Positions 27,680 to 40,304 of a stretch of DNA of 64,000 nucleotides are shown here, in pieces. The position numbers and the translations under genes were made by a program. Below the pieces are notes generated by a model, which ran no database searches, was not told the origin of the DNA, and was given only the letters and a program-made list of their open reading frames with translations. Origin of the DNA: Felis catus (taxonomy: Eukaryota); assembly GCF_018350175.1 (NCBI RefSeq), contig NC_058368.1, forward strand, positions 108,316,001 to 108,380,000, in the 5' to 3' direction. Each line of letters starts with the position of its first letter. Position 1 is the stretch's first letter.

Positions 27680-28199
27680 CTGTAGAAACATGAAGGAGAC
27701 AGTATAGTTATGAGAGGCATTCTTTCTGTAGAAGTATATTACAAAAGCATGTCCAAAACTGAGGGGGAACTGAGCTATATGACTAACTCCTTCGCCCTCT
27801 ATCCTGCACACAAAGGGTTCATTCTAATATGCAGGCATGGTTTGGTCTGAGTTTTTGCTTCCTTGGGTGCACAAGCAACATAGAGAGCCAAGACTGGACC
27901 CACAGTGAGAAAACACAAGCCTGTTTACTAAGCTATAAGAAGTACACAGGATGTATACCTCAGACAGTATCCTAAAATACAAGCTTCTAAAGGTCAGGCA
28001 ATCATATCAAGAGCCTTTACATAGTCAAGAACATGTTTAATCAAAATTATTAACAAACCACATCTGAAACCTACTTTGTTAGAAATACTGTGAGTCTTCA
28101 AAATTGTAAAGTGGTTTGATTACTTTGTACCACAGATTAACAGAAAAATTAATGAAGTTGAACCGAATAATGTACCTAACAATGGCAATAATTTAAGTC

Positions 28200-28900
28200 A
28201 TTTTTTTTTTTAAACTCTGGTAGGATACACACAAAAGCCACCATTTAAACCACTGTAAGGTATACAATTCAGTGGGATTTTGTAGTTATAGGTGTGCAAC
28301 TATCACCATTACCTAGTTCCAGAACATTTTTATCACCCATTAAGGAGTCAGTCACCTCACATTCTGCCCTCTCTTCTATGTGGAATATTTCATACAAACT
28401 GTGACCTTTTGTGTCTGGCTTCTTTCACTTAGCATTACGTTTTCAAGATTGATCCATGTTGTGGCATGTACTACATTCCTTTTTATGGCTGAATTAATAC
28501 TTCATTATGGCTATACCACATTGTGTTTATCCATCCATCAGTTAATAGACATTCGGGTTGTTTCCCCCTTTTGGCTATAGTCAGTAGTGCTATGAACGTT
28601 GGTATATAAATTTTTGTTTGCATACCTACTTTCAGTTCTTCTGAAAAAATACTAAAAGTAAATGCCAGGTTATATGGTAATTCTGTTTTACTCTCTGAAG
28701 AAATGCCAAACTGTTTTCCAGAGTAGCTATAACATTTTACATTACTATCAACAATGTCTGAGAATTTCATTTTCTCCAGTCACATCCTTGGCAGTGCTTG
28801 TTACTTCCTTTCCTTTTTGAAAAGCCATCCTAGGGGGTGTGAAGCAGGATCTCACTGTGGTTTTTTAAAGCTTTTTTTTTTTTTTTTAACGTTTATTTTT

Positions 28901-28931
<31 letters not shown>

Positions 28932-29359
28932 CGTGCACGCACATGGAGGAGGACAGAGAGAGGAAACACAGAATCCCCAGAAGGCTCCGCAATGTCAGCG
29001 CAGATCCCAACACACAGGGCTCAAACTCATGAAATGAGAGATCATGGCCTGAGCCGAAAGTGAGTCGGACGCCTAACAGAATGAGCCACCCAGGTGCCCC
29101 TATGTCTGTGGTTTTAATTTGCATTTCCTTATAATGAATGATGTTAAATGTTTTTTTAAGATTCTAGTTTTTTATTTAATCTCTACCCCTAACGTGGGGA
29201 TGGAACTCCTGAACCGAGATCAAGAGTTGCATGCTCCACCATCTGAGCCAGCTAGGTGCTCCTTAAACATCTTTTTCATTTGTTTGCTAGCTATTTAAGT
29301 ATCTGCTTTGGAAAAATCTCTATTCAAGCCCTTTATTTCTTTTTTCTTTTAAAAGATTC

Positions 29360-29390
<31 letters not shown>

Positions 29391-30075
29391 TTTATTTGTT
29401 TTTGAGAGACACAGCACAAGCAGGGGGAGGAGCAGAGAGAGAATGAGACACAGAATCTGAAGCAGGTTTCAGGATCTGAGATGTCAGCACAGAGCCTGAT
29501 GCGGGACTCGAACTTATGCACCGTGAGATCATGACCTGAGTGGAACTCGGACACTTTAACCTACTGAGTCACCCAGACTCCCCAAAGCCCTTTGTCTGTT
29601 TCTAAGTTGTGTTGTATCTTTGTTGTTGGACTATAAGGGTACTTTACACATTCTGGATACTAGACCCTTATCAGATAGAAGATTTGCAAATATATTCTCC
29701 CATTCCATGTGTTTCCTTTTAATTTACTGTTTTAATTTTGATGAAGTTCAATCTATGTTTTTTTTCCTTCATTGTTTATGCTCTGAATATCATATCTAAG
29801 AAACGACTGCCAAATCCAAGGTCATTTTTCTTTTAAGTTTTAAATGAAAAAAAGTTTTATTTTTGTAAAAATAGCACGTGATCACTGCAAAAGATTTAAA
29901 CAATACATAAGGATACAAAAAAGTTTAATACAGTCAATGATTTTAAATCTCTTAAGAGTTTTATAGTGTTAGCTCTCGTATTTAGGTCACTAATCTACTT
30001 TGAGTTAATTCTGTATATAATGTAAGGTAAAGGTCCAATTTCATTCTTTTGCATGTAAATATCTAGTTGTCTCTC
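28200..30075 (-). mobile_element. L1MB-type LINE-1 3' region, interrupted by three SINEs
   Basis: tatacaattcagtgg, ttccagaacatttttatcaccc, ttttgtgtctggcttctttcacttagcat, attctggatactagacccttatcagata, ccaatttcattcttttgcatgt. Confidence 0.85.
28872..29583 (-). mobile_element. Three CanSINEs inside L1MB (28872-29100, 29155-29262, 29360-29583)
   Basis: Each ends in a gagcca/gtcacccag-type head with a poly-T tail on the + strand. Confidence 0.88.
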
Positions 30076-30908
30076 ACTTATATTTTTGCTCATTCTTTAT
30101 TTAGCATGCATTTACTTCTTCAGCAACTGAAGTACCTACACATAACTCCAAAGGGCATTGGGGGGGTGGGGATGGGGGGGCAAGCCTGTAGTTCTGAACA
30201 CCTTAGTTTCCTAAACAAGAGAATTCTACAGTCTAGCCACATCTAATTGTTTCATTTAAAATATAACTCAGAAAGATACACCAAGCAATTATGGCCCTTC
30301 TTTTATTTTTCTTAAAATAACTAACTTCCTACCAATTTGCTGAGGTATTGCAAGTCTTCCCATTAAATGTACAAACACTCCATGAAATAAGCTAAGATTA
30401 TCTACAACAGCAAACAGTGTTTAATGACAAGAAAAAAATACTCAAAGGTAGATTTAAAATAAGTCACTGCAGGGATACATTAAGGACAAAGAGATTATTT
30501 TAAAATGATAAAAGTGTAAACCCCCCAAATCAACATATTGCTATTTGGGGCTTACAATCAATCTAAGGTCACTTGAAAATAATTTACTTGGTGAATAGTC
30601 TTTCTAACTATTAATCACCTTTTAAGTGTTTTATTGATCTTCATGAACAAACATTTTGATAGAGTTCAAAACACTCTCATGCAGCTATCATGTTTTTTGA
30701 GTTTATAGCTTTATCACAGCCTATTTCAATTTTTAACTTTTAAGGCTCATTTCCACTTTTAACATGCTGTTTTGTCACAAAACTAAGTAGAGAAATGTTG
30801 TTTAGGTTAAGTGAGTCCTGTTATCAAAATAAATATTTATCAATTGCAAAAGATTTTATAAATAGAATTTAAAGGTTAAAATCACTTTTTCATATTTATA
30901 AAACCAAC

Positions 30909-31073
30909 CTTATCCCTTAAGCTGTCAATTTTAAACCATTCCAACAGTTTGATCCCAACATCCAAAGGACTCTGAAGAAATGTTCTGTAAGTTAGTAGGA
31001 AATCTTCTATATAAGTTGGGTCCACGATGGAATGCTCTTCTATTAAATGCATGATGAGACGTTCAGGTGTTGC
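30909..31073 (-). CDS. RAPGEF6: RAPGEF6 coding exon (~exon 12), 165 nt, REM (RasGEF_N) domain
   Basis: Acceptor ttttag, donor AAG|gttggt; [55 protein letters not shown]. Confidence 0.97.
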
Positions 31074-32185
31074 CTAAAAATCCAAGGATACAAAAGATTA
31101 TTAAATAAATCAATAGCTCAGGAAACATAGAACTCTACTGAGTTCCCTTTGTAGAGTGACTTCCCTTTGTAGTCACTCTATTACACAAGTTCTCAAAGTA
31201 GAGTTTTACCCTTAAAACACTTAATACTGGGAGACGGTAGTCTTTATAGCTTGTAATCCACCAGCACCCAGAGGCTGGAAGACAGAAAAGGCAGAGGAAT
31301 GAAAATATCCAAAAGCATTTACTCAGTTATAGCTGTTTTTCCTGGCATTTTACCATAGGAGGGCTTTTGAATTTCAGTGATTTACCCCTGATGTGGCCTG
31401 GGGTAAAAAAATGACAATAATGTCATTTTTCTACAACTGGTAGAAATGGGAAGATGACTGTCTTAAGGCACCAGAGAGAAGTAGTACAAGTTAAACTTGA
31501 ATTAAGTAAGAAAAAAAAGAAAAAAAAAGCTTTCCTCCAAATTTAATTATCCTTAAATCTCTTCTGCCCAGGATATAGAAACAATACACTAATTCAAGAC
31601 CGTGTGTTTCACTGTTTTAACTTCCTAGAAAAGAAGTTTCTTCTTCAATGGTTTCTCCATACTAGTTCACCATCTTGAGAGGAAACACAAGTTCTATATA
31701 TAGTTTTTACATTAATTCAGAGTTTTAACCACTTGCCTGTCTCCAAGTTTATAAAAAGGAATGTAAACATTTATCTGCTGCTCTGCTTTGAGCTTCTGAA
31801 TCAATGTTAAAATTTATTACCTTTGCAGCCTTTTCCTAACTGTATACAGAGAACAAATATAAAAATAAATCAGATGTTAAACCAAATATAGAAAATATTG
31901 TCCATAATCCCCAATTTCAATTTGTTGCATTCATCCAATGTCATTGGTCAGAATAACTGTATGGTAAACATACATCCATACTAACAATGTTATCTAAGAA
32001 TTTATTGAAAAAAAAAGGTATGCAAATCACTTCTCTAGAACAAAGTCAAACTAAGCATCTTCATATAACCTATTTAAGGGACAAGGCAACCACAGGTCAT
32101 TCCTATTCTTCTACCCTTCACAACACTCTAAGTCAAAGAGTACCAAGTTGGGTTTATCATTCGCAGGCCACTCTTGAGGTCTTTA

Positions 32186-32408
32186 TTTTTTCTTAAAGTT
32201 TCTTTCTTTATTTTGAAAGATAGCGCATGCGCGTGCACTCAAGAGGGGGAGGGGCAGAGAAAGAGAGAGGCAGAGAGAGAATCCCAAGCTGGATCCATGC
32301 TGTCAGTGCAGAGTCTGCCACAGGACTGGATCTCATGAAGCATGAGATCATGACCTGAGCCAAAATCAAGAATCAGACACTTAACCTACTGAGCTACCCA
32401 GGCACCCC
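32186..32408 (-). mobile_element. CanSINE
   Basis: catgagatcatgacctgagccaaaatcaagaatc...ccaggcacccc. Confidence 0.9.
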
Positions 32409-32991
32409 TCGATTTGAAGCCTTTAAATCTGGAGGAACTGATGAACATGTTAAAGAAAGGCCATTATTCTGACTGGCTAAACACTGGGGCAGGATGCCTG
32501 CAGGGACTAAGATGTATATCAAGAACTGTTTTTTAAAGGTGAGCCCCCATAGGCATGCAGAGTCACATCACCGAAGGGCTCACTAGTATTCAACAAGGTG
32601 GGATTCTGGGAGACATGGTGAGCAGAGTTGGCAGGCCAAGGAAATGACTGCCATGGTTACTCCAGCAGGACAGAGGCTGGTTATGATAAATAAGTAAATA
32701 CAAAAAACGTACAAGAGCCACTGACCGGAGAAGGTATTTACAAACATAAGAAGGGAAAGGATAAGCAAAACTGTGGTATCAAAACTGGGAGTACTGTTAT
32801 GAACTTATGATTGTTACAAACAGAGACACATACAATGTTACAGATGTGAATGCAATATAGTAAATACATACATATATTTCCTAGCTCTGTCTGATCAGAG
32901 GCTCTAGAAGCAATGACACCTAAGTAGCAATGAACACAGTAGGCGCCCGTATCTTGGATTTAAAAAAAAAAAACAAAAACAAAAAAAAACA

Positions 32992-33305
32992 TTTTTAAGT
33001 AATCTCTACACCCAATGCAGGCTTGAACTCACAACCCAGAGCCACATGCTTCAACTGACTGAGCCAGACAGGCACCCGAGACACGGTAGCTTTTAAAAGC
33101 TAATCTCGGGGCACCTGGGTGGCTCAATCAGTTAAGTATCTGACTCTTGATCTCAGCTCATGTCATGATCTCGCAGTTCGTGGGATCGAGCCCTGTGTCG
33201 GGCTCTACAGTGACAGCATGAAACTTGCTGCTTGGGATTCTCTCTCTCCCTCTGCTGCTCCCCTGCTTGCACTCCCTCTCTCAAAATAAATAAACTTTTA
33301 AAAAA
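32992..33305. mobile_element. Short CanSINE (- 32992-33077) and CanSINE (+ 33108-33305), head to head
   Basis: taatctctacacccaa...gacaggcaccc; ggggcacctgggtggctcaatc. Confidence 0.88.
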
Positions 33306-33666
33306 TGCTATTCTCGACTAGTAAGATCTAGAGCTCTCCAGAGAAATGGCTGATTCCAAAGCTGGAAAAGGAAAAGCACAGTATGACACTGGAGCATCTT
33401 GTTTTGCAGAGAATAAAAAAGCTGTTAAAAACCAATGGGGACATATCAGAAGAATAAATACAGAGTCAGCCTTATGAAGTTCCCACCAAATCTGGGACAA
33501 CCTGATCAATGGGTCAACAATGATGGTAACAGTACAACACACAAATCCATGGTAGTAGAAATGAATTAATTAACGGGGAAGAGGAGAAGGTTCATCCTTA
33601 CAGAAAAAATGACAATAAATGTAGGAAAAAAAGGAAATAGAAGATCACCATTTTATTAAAAAAAAA

Positions 33667-33892
33667 TTTTATAACATGTTTATTTATGTGCTTAATATTT
33701 ATTTATTTTTGAGAGACAGTCAGAGCAAGAGCCGGGAAGGGGGAGAGAGAAAGAGGAAGACACAGAATCCAAAGCAGGCTCCAGGCTCTGAGCTGTGAGC
33801 ACAGAGCCCAACGCTGGGCTCAAACTCATAGGCTGTGAGATCATGACCTGAGCCAAAGTTGGACTCTTAACAGACTGAACCACCCAGAGCCC
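33667..33892 (-). mobile_element. CanSINE
   Basis: caggctccaggctctgagctgtgagcacagagccc; flanking agaa(gat)caccatttta-like repeat. Confidence 0.9.
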
Positions 33893-35592
33893 TAAAAGAA
33901 CACCACTTTAGGCATGAGTCAATGCAAGACCGGTAAACAGAGGTTTGCAGGACATACTGACACTATTCCAGAACATCTCCCATCTAAACACTTATCAATT
34001 ACAAAGAACACAGTGGTGACTTTATAGTTAGGAAACTTCGCAGACAGACATCAATATGACCAGGTGATTAATGTAAACTTCACCAATGGTGGGACAGGTT
34101 GACATTACATGCTCCCTGACATGGTGCACAGAGAAGAATACATCATTTCTGTGGGATTCCTGCCAGAAAATTACGACTTGAGTCTGGGCATGAGGAAACA
34201 CTGGAAAGATCCACAATGAGGGTGACCCTAAGGAATAAAAGGTCTGTATTCTTTAAAACTGCCGAGAATATGAACAGAGAAAGACTGTTCCTGGGGTGGA
34301 AAGAAGTGACATGACAACTAAATGCAACTGTGTTCCGGGATAAGATCCTGGATGAGGAAGGAAAGAGAGCCACTGTTGGGATAGTTGGTGAAAATCTAAA
34401 CAGGGTCTGTAGGCTAAATGGTTGTACTTTATCAATTTTCATTTCTCAACTTGAAGGTTCTATGGTGTTTATGTAGGAGAGTATTCTTGCTTTTAGGAAA
34501 TATACAAGAGAATATTCAGAGGGACGAGGCATCACATATGCAGACTGCTCTCAAATGGTTCAGAGAAAGACTGGTGAAAATGGAGAAAATGCAGTGAAAT
34601 AAATGCTAATAGGTGGGGAATCTGAGGGAAGGAGCTCTCTATACTGTCTTTGCAACTGTTCTCTAAGTTTGTAATTATTTAAAAATAAAGAATTAAAAAA
34701 CATGAGCCCCCATAAAAAGATAGCCTATGGCAATCCACCCATATGTTCATCTTTTCTACAATAGAAAGCTTAGATTTATCAGTTTAGAAAATGAAAACGC
34801 GTTCTAGAATAGCCTGACTCCTGGGGAAAAATGTACCTGACATCAGTCCTTCATAATATTAAATAATAAGCTCAACCATTTGTAATGAATAATAACACAT
34901 TTACTAATTTTGCAACCAGGACTAGCTTGGAAAGAGAAATGGTTATACGTTTTTATTTCCTCTTTCAATTACAATTTCTCTATTTTACATGTGGAGGTCT
35001 TAAAAGAGACAGGGTAGTGAAGAGGATGGGGAGGAAGGGAGGCAAGGGGCAAATGGACAAAGGGTAGGGGAGAAAGGGAACTAGAGAAAACAATATGGGG
35101 ATCAACATTCAGACTCTACAATGTACTAAGGCTTTTGATTTACCTCATTTAGCCCCAATAAAACCCTGCCATAACATTCCTGTTTTCAGATAAGAAAAAT
35201 GAGTGTCAGAGAAGATAATGTCTACTTTAAAGCCATAAATAACCAGTAAGCACTCTGCATTTTCATCTACTACTTTAATTTTCTGTTTTGTTTCTAATTA
35301 TTGCTGTCTTTGGTGAAATTAACTCCCCTTATCAATTGATCATAAAATAAATTTGAAAAACTGTGACTGGTATATTCTAAAATAATATCCTATCCATACT
35401 GATATTAAATGGCAATGCCATTCTTCATTATTAAAATGTGTAAAAACCAATGGAGAAGCAAAAGAACCAACACATTTGCTTAAATTAGATTCTAATGTTA
35501 ATTATCTTGCACTACTGAAAAAGTGGTTCAAAGCCTTTTAAGCAAAATGAAAGCTTCTGTCAGCGACTAATATAATAAATAAAAACACCCAC

Positions 35593-35745
35593 CTTGATTA
35601 CAATGTGTCCTTTCCTGGTTCCGCTCCGATCTAGTTCACGGTGTTCATGCACCATAACAATTTCTCCCTCTTCCTCAACTTTATGGGTGTTTTTCTCCAC
35701 ATGATTTAAAATTCTCCAATAATCCTGCTGGGCTATGCAGACAAA
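35593..35745 (-). CDS. RAPGEF6: RAPGEF6 coding exon (~exon 11), 153 nt
   Basis: Acceptor ggacag, donor AAG|gtgggt; [51 protein letters not shown]. Confidence 0.97.
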
Positions 35746-36341
35746 CTGTCCGAGAATAACATGGGGACAGTCAATGAAACTGTAGTACATAAATATATCA
35801 CTATGCACCAAGGTAGAGCACAAAGGTAAGAAATCGAGTGGCATCAGTTCTTTTTTATTCAGTCCCTTTAACTCTTAATAAAAATCAAGGTGAAATAATT
35901 CATATACAACAAGACCAAAGAAGTCAAATCCATCTGAATTGTGCTCTCAAAGAAGAAGTGAACATCTACTCTCAAAACTGACACTAGGCAAAGAAAACAT
36001 GAAGCAGTAGTAAGTTAGAAACAAGCAACTCAGAAGTTCCTATTTCTTTCCTTTATTTAAAAAAAAAAAAAAAAGAGAAGAACAGAAAAAGGAATAAGCT
36101 GGCTAATGCCAGATATAAATTTAACAAACCAAAATTTCGAATGTTCTCTTCTAAAAATTTATGCTTTGTTCAAATCCACAAATATTTGAGTCACACACAA
36201 AATCTAGTTTCCTTTATTAACTGTGAGCTTTTGACAACTCTCAATTCTCAAGTCAACCTATTTTATTTTGAGGAAGAAAAAACAGGCTCAGCCTCTTTAA
36301 ATCAACAAACAAGAGTTACAAGACTCAACAGATAACCTTAC

Positions 36342-36500
36342 CTGACAATCATCTACTTTAGTCCTAACAACTCCATGCATATACTGCTTATCCAGAGTGG
36401 GAGTAATTCCAAAACTATTTCCCATAAAGAGATTTTCAACTTTTCCATCTGGATGAGTGATTTCTACAGTGCCGTTTAAAATAACATACCATGAGTCAAG
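36342..36500 (-). CDS. RAPGEF6: RAPGEF6 coding exon (~exon 10), 159 nt, cNMP-binding-like domain
   Basis: Acceptor ttgtag, donor CAG|gtaagg; [53 protein letters not shown]. Confidence 0.97.
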
Positions 36501-36747
36501 CTACAAAGAAAAAGACAGGTTTTAAGAATCTTTTTAAAAATATAGTTACAGTTAACTTTGAAAAATAATCAACATATTGAATTTATATAATTTAAAAAAG
36601 AAAAATAGAGATCTGATTACATATTACTTTATACTCTGTCAGAGAACAGTCTACGCCCATCTACACAAACTAATAAAAGCTCATTTTAGTCTTTCTTCTT
36701 TTAGTCACCAAACGACATCAGGGGACTTTCATAATTGACTAAACACT

Positions 36748-36980
36748 CAGAGAAAAATTATGTAATGGTTAAAACCACAAACCTTGAAATCTAAATCCAG
36801 ACCATGCCACTAACTGGGTGAGCGACTATGGGCAAGTTATTTAACCTCTCAGAATTCCAGTTTCTCTACTTCTAAAATGGGCTTAACAACAGACCTATTA
36901 GGGCCTTTCTGTTAATTACATGAATTTATGCATACCAAATGCTTAGTACAGTGCCTGGCACATAGCAAGCACTCAAAAGA
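36748..36980. mobile_element. MIR/L2 fragment
   Basis: gggcaagttatttaacctctc...cagtttctctacttctaaaatggg; gcttagtacagtgcctggcacatagcaagcactcaa. Confidence 0.75.
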
Positions 36981-38594
36981 AAAAAAAAAAGTAGCTGGTA
37001 ATTAATTCAGAAATTCTGATTTTCAAGGCAGAGATGACAAAACATTCAAAATTTCTCCTAATGTTAAGAAAATACTGCCTTCATTTATACAGCAACGTAT
37101 AATGCTCCTAGAAGACAACTCAATATGTAGTCATCAAAGAACACTTTTCTTCTTCAGTATGGCTCTTACCAGCCTAAACTTTAAGTGTGATTTATGGGAA
37201 ATCTGGATTATTAGTTCTAAAGGAGAATCAGTAGCAATAAGAAATTTTTTTTAAGTGTGTTTCGGTTATTTCAAATATAAAATTCACTCACTATGGAATT
37301 TATAGATAACATAAATTACTTGAGGACAGGGACTGTGTCAAATTTTTCACAACACTTCCTGTATCTAGAACAGTACCCAACACAAACTAGGCATACACCA
37401 AAGTTTTGCTGACAAACTGTGAAAAATTAAGAGAATACAAAAATTTGTGGAAAAGAAGAGTTCTTCAAAACTCCACTGTTTACAAAGTTGCTGCTAACAG
37501 TTTAGTTTCTCTATTTATATTACTTTATACTGTTGAAATACTTGTCTTGTTTTTTAGGAAAATTTAATAGTATATTCATGAAAGTTCTTTTCTTGAGCAT
37601 ATCCTATGAGCCAGATGTTTAGAATACGGGGAGAAAGCACGTAAATGAAGCTAGAGACATAGCCTCTGCCTTCAAAGAGCTTCTATCAAATTTTACAATA
37701 ACCTGAATACCACCTACATAATATTAGACCCTGTGTGAGTATAACAATTATTTAAGCATTGCTTATTATCGAATTATAGTTTAGTCATTTCTAATTTTTA
37801 CTATTAGAAATATGCTGCAATGAACATCTTTTGGCATAACTCTGAGTTTTACCTTATGTACTGAGCAAAGACACTCATAATGAGTGAAATAGGATAGAAC
37901 CTGTTAATTCTTCAAGGCCCGTGTTAAAAATTTCTAAACGATTTTCCAGAAATATTGTTTATATTCCTATTAGCAGGATATGACAATTTTCATCAGTTGA
38001 CATGTCAGCATTTTTATCAGTTTGATAAGAAAAACAGTGAAGTGATTCCTAGCAGCAGTAATACCTTTCAAGTGCTCTGCATCCTTCCTCCACCCACCCA
38101 AAGTTACCAGCCAAGCATTTCTTAACAACAACCTGCTACCACATAAATGCCTCACCTGATAGCAGCCCACCAGGAGCCATAAGTATCAATACATTTTCCT
38201 CACCTTTTTTTTGAAGTATAACACAGAAAATGGATACGGAGAGTAATACTCAATAAATATTTTAAATAATGATATACAAATAGAATGATTAAAAACTTTT
38301 CTTAATGTCTTACAACTTAATTTGAGAAGAGCAAATATGGTTCAATAAATGTTCTTTATTGAACATCTATTCTATGCTAGGTAAGTCTATGGCTGGGAAG
38401 TAAAAATTAAAACAAAGTAAAGCAAAATCAAAAGTAAAAACTGTATCTTCACAAATCGTAACTAAGCCAAACTCAATATTCATGTAAAAAATTGTATACA
38501 TTTCAAAACTCAGGATTTACAAAAGACTAAGGAAATTAAATCATTCTAAAAATTACCTCCCACACTAAAAAATAGGTAACATTTGCTAGCCTAC

Positions 38595-38731
38595 CTCTTG
38601 CCCATCTTCCAGAATAACAGCTCCGGCCTGCTCTACCACTTCAAAAATCATTACTGAGCAGAGTTCTCTCCTTACAGACATGGTCATGTTTGCAAAAGCA
38701 GGGAGCTGGTGCATAAACTCCAGTAATTGTT
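38595..38731 (-). CDS. RAPGEF6: RAPGEF6 coding exon (~exon 9), 137 nt, phase 1-0, start of cNMP-binding-like domain
   Basis: Acceptor taatag, donor GAG|gtaggc; (E)[45 protein letters not shown]. Confidence 0.97.
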
Positions 38732-39685
38732 CTATTAAAAAAAACAACAACAGAAATTTTGGTATAGAGACCATCAAAGACTAAACTTTACAAATTCAGT
38801 AAAATCTAGAATTGAATACTCAATTTTCTTATCAACTTAAGAATTTATGCTGCCAATGTACAGGAACCAAGGTACAGATGAATGCTGGCTAAAAAAAAAA
38901 AAAAAAAAAATCAATGATTTGTTTAATAGATAGATTCAAACTCACACAAAAATATAGGCAAATTGGAAGATAACCAGGATTCACAACCTCACAGAAAACC
39001 ACAGATTCAAATGCAGTAATTTTCCTAGCCTGAGATGTCACTCCATGGTAGTTAAGTTAGTGATGTCCTTCAATCTAACTCATCAGTGAAAAAGTCTTTG
39101 ATCTAGTTCTTATCAGGCCAGAATTAGAGAAATGTTATTAATAAATGTCAACAATTAAGTAATTAAGGATAACAAATGTGAATTCTAGTTCCAAACTGTC
39201 AAACCAACTTCAAGATAACTCTCTTTATAACCAACAAATGCTAATGAGCCAACATTCTCTGGCACAGATATGAGAGTAATAAACATAAATATAAGGGAGA
39301 AACAAACATACAGTCAGCTAAGTGATGAAACAGAAATAACTATAAAGTGGTATCTGCCCAGATAATTAGGAGTTGATTATATTTCAATTTTTAAAAAAAC
39401 TTTGCAAATAGCACAGTATACAATTCTTTATCATTAAAAATGCATTTTCAGTTTCTGCCCAGACAATGTTCATAACATGAGTCTAAACTGCAAGTTAATT
39501 AACTATATTATGTCATTAGAATGGCAAGGAATATTCAAATGTAGTGATCTTTACTCACAAAGATTATGATTATTTAGTAGCAGCATCTTCTGATTTGAAT
39601 TAGTAATATGACTGTTATAGAAGGGAAATCTAGGATAAAATCTTAGTTGAATCATAACAATATATAATGACACACTAAGTGAGTC

Positions 39686-39761
39686 TAGGAGAGGATGGTT
39701 TCGATCCATCGACCTCTGGATGATGGGCCCAGCATGCTTCCATCCACCGCACCACTCTGTT
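39686..39761 (-). pseudogene. Initiator tRNA-Met (CAT) retropseudogene
   Basis: Reverse complement AACAGAGTGGTGCGGTGGATGGAAGCATGCTGGGCCCATCATCCAGAGGTCGATGGATCGAAACCATCCTCTCCTA aligns end to end to vertebrate tRNAi-Met with 8 substitutions and a TGGA duplication; flanked by direct repeats tataatgaca(ca)ctaagt. Confidence 0.92.
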
Positions 39762-40062
39762 TGCACTATAATGACACTAAGTAATCTTTGCTCTTAAAGG
39801 TAACATTAGCATCTTTAGTATTATTTAATCTCCCAAAGTAATTAGTTCTGTAAGAAATTACAAAAGGGAAAATTCATAAACTTTTATCTACAAATAACAT
39901 ATAAACATTTTTTTCAAGCTAGAAGTAAAAACATGACTTTTGCTAACATTTGAAATTTTAAAAAAGCTAGACATCACTGATGTACTGTATTTGAAATATC
40001 TCATGGACATGAAGGAGGAAATTACTTTAAGGCAGTCAAGCTTTTATCAACTGGAGCAGCCA

Positions 40063-40301
40063 CAAGGTGAGGGCTACATGGCTGTGAAATCTATCACCCC
40101 AATACTCACCAGAGTTGATTCAGATGATCTGGCTGGCTAGGCAGGTGTCCCCTTCCTCCCTGACTGCTCCATGGGCATCCCTCTGCAAGCAGTGTGCTCA
40201 GTGGAAGGATCAACTTCCCAGATAAGGGATAACTGACTGTTCTTTAGTCAAGGGTATACCAAAAGCTGTACTCTCCTGCTGGAAACTCCAAACAAACTCT
40301 C
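40063..40301 (+). pseudogene. 7SK snRNA retropseudogene, 3'-truncated, old
   Basis: Colinear 7SK motifs: gtgagggc, tcacccca, gttgattcagatgatctggctggctaggcaggtgtccccttcctccct, gtcaagggtatac, ctccaaacaaactctc; 7SK 3' ~90 nt absent; CpG decay. Confidence 0.92.
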
Positions 40302-40304
40302 CAG

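Larger units (their letters stand above)
32765..34700 (+). mobile_element. L1MC-type LINE-1 3' UTR, interrupted by SINEs
   Basis: ctagagctctccagagaaatggctgattcca, catcatttctgtgggattcctgcc, gacatgacaactaaatgcaac, tgcaactgttctctaagtttg followed by an A-rich end. Confidence 0.75.

Noticed and set aside
39686..39761. Functional tRNA-Met gene
   Set aside because: Acceptor-stem mismatches, D-loop duplication, altered base after the anticodon and flanking direct repeats indicate a retropseudogene.
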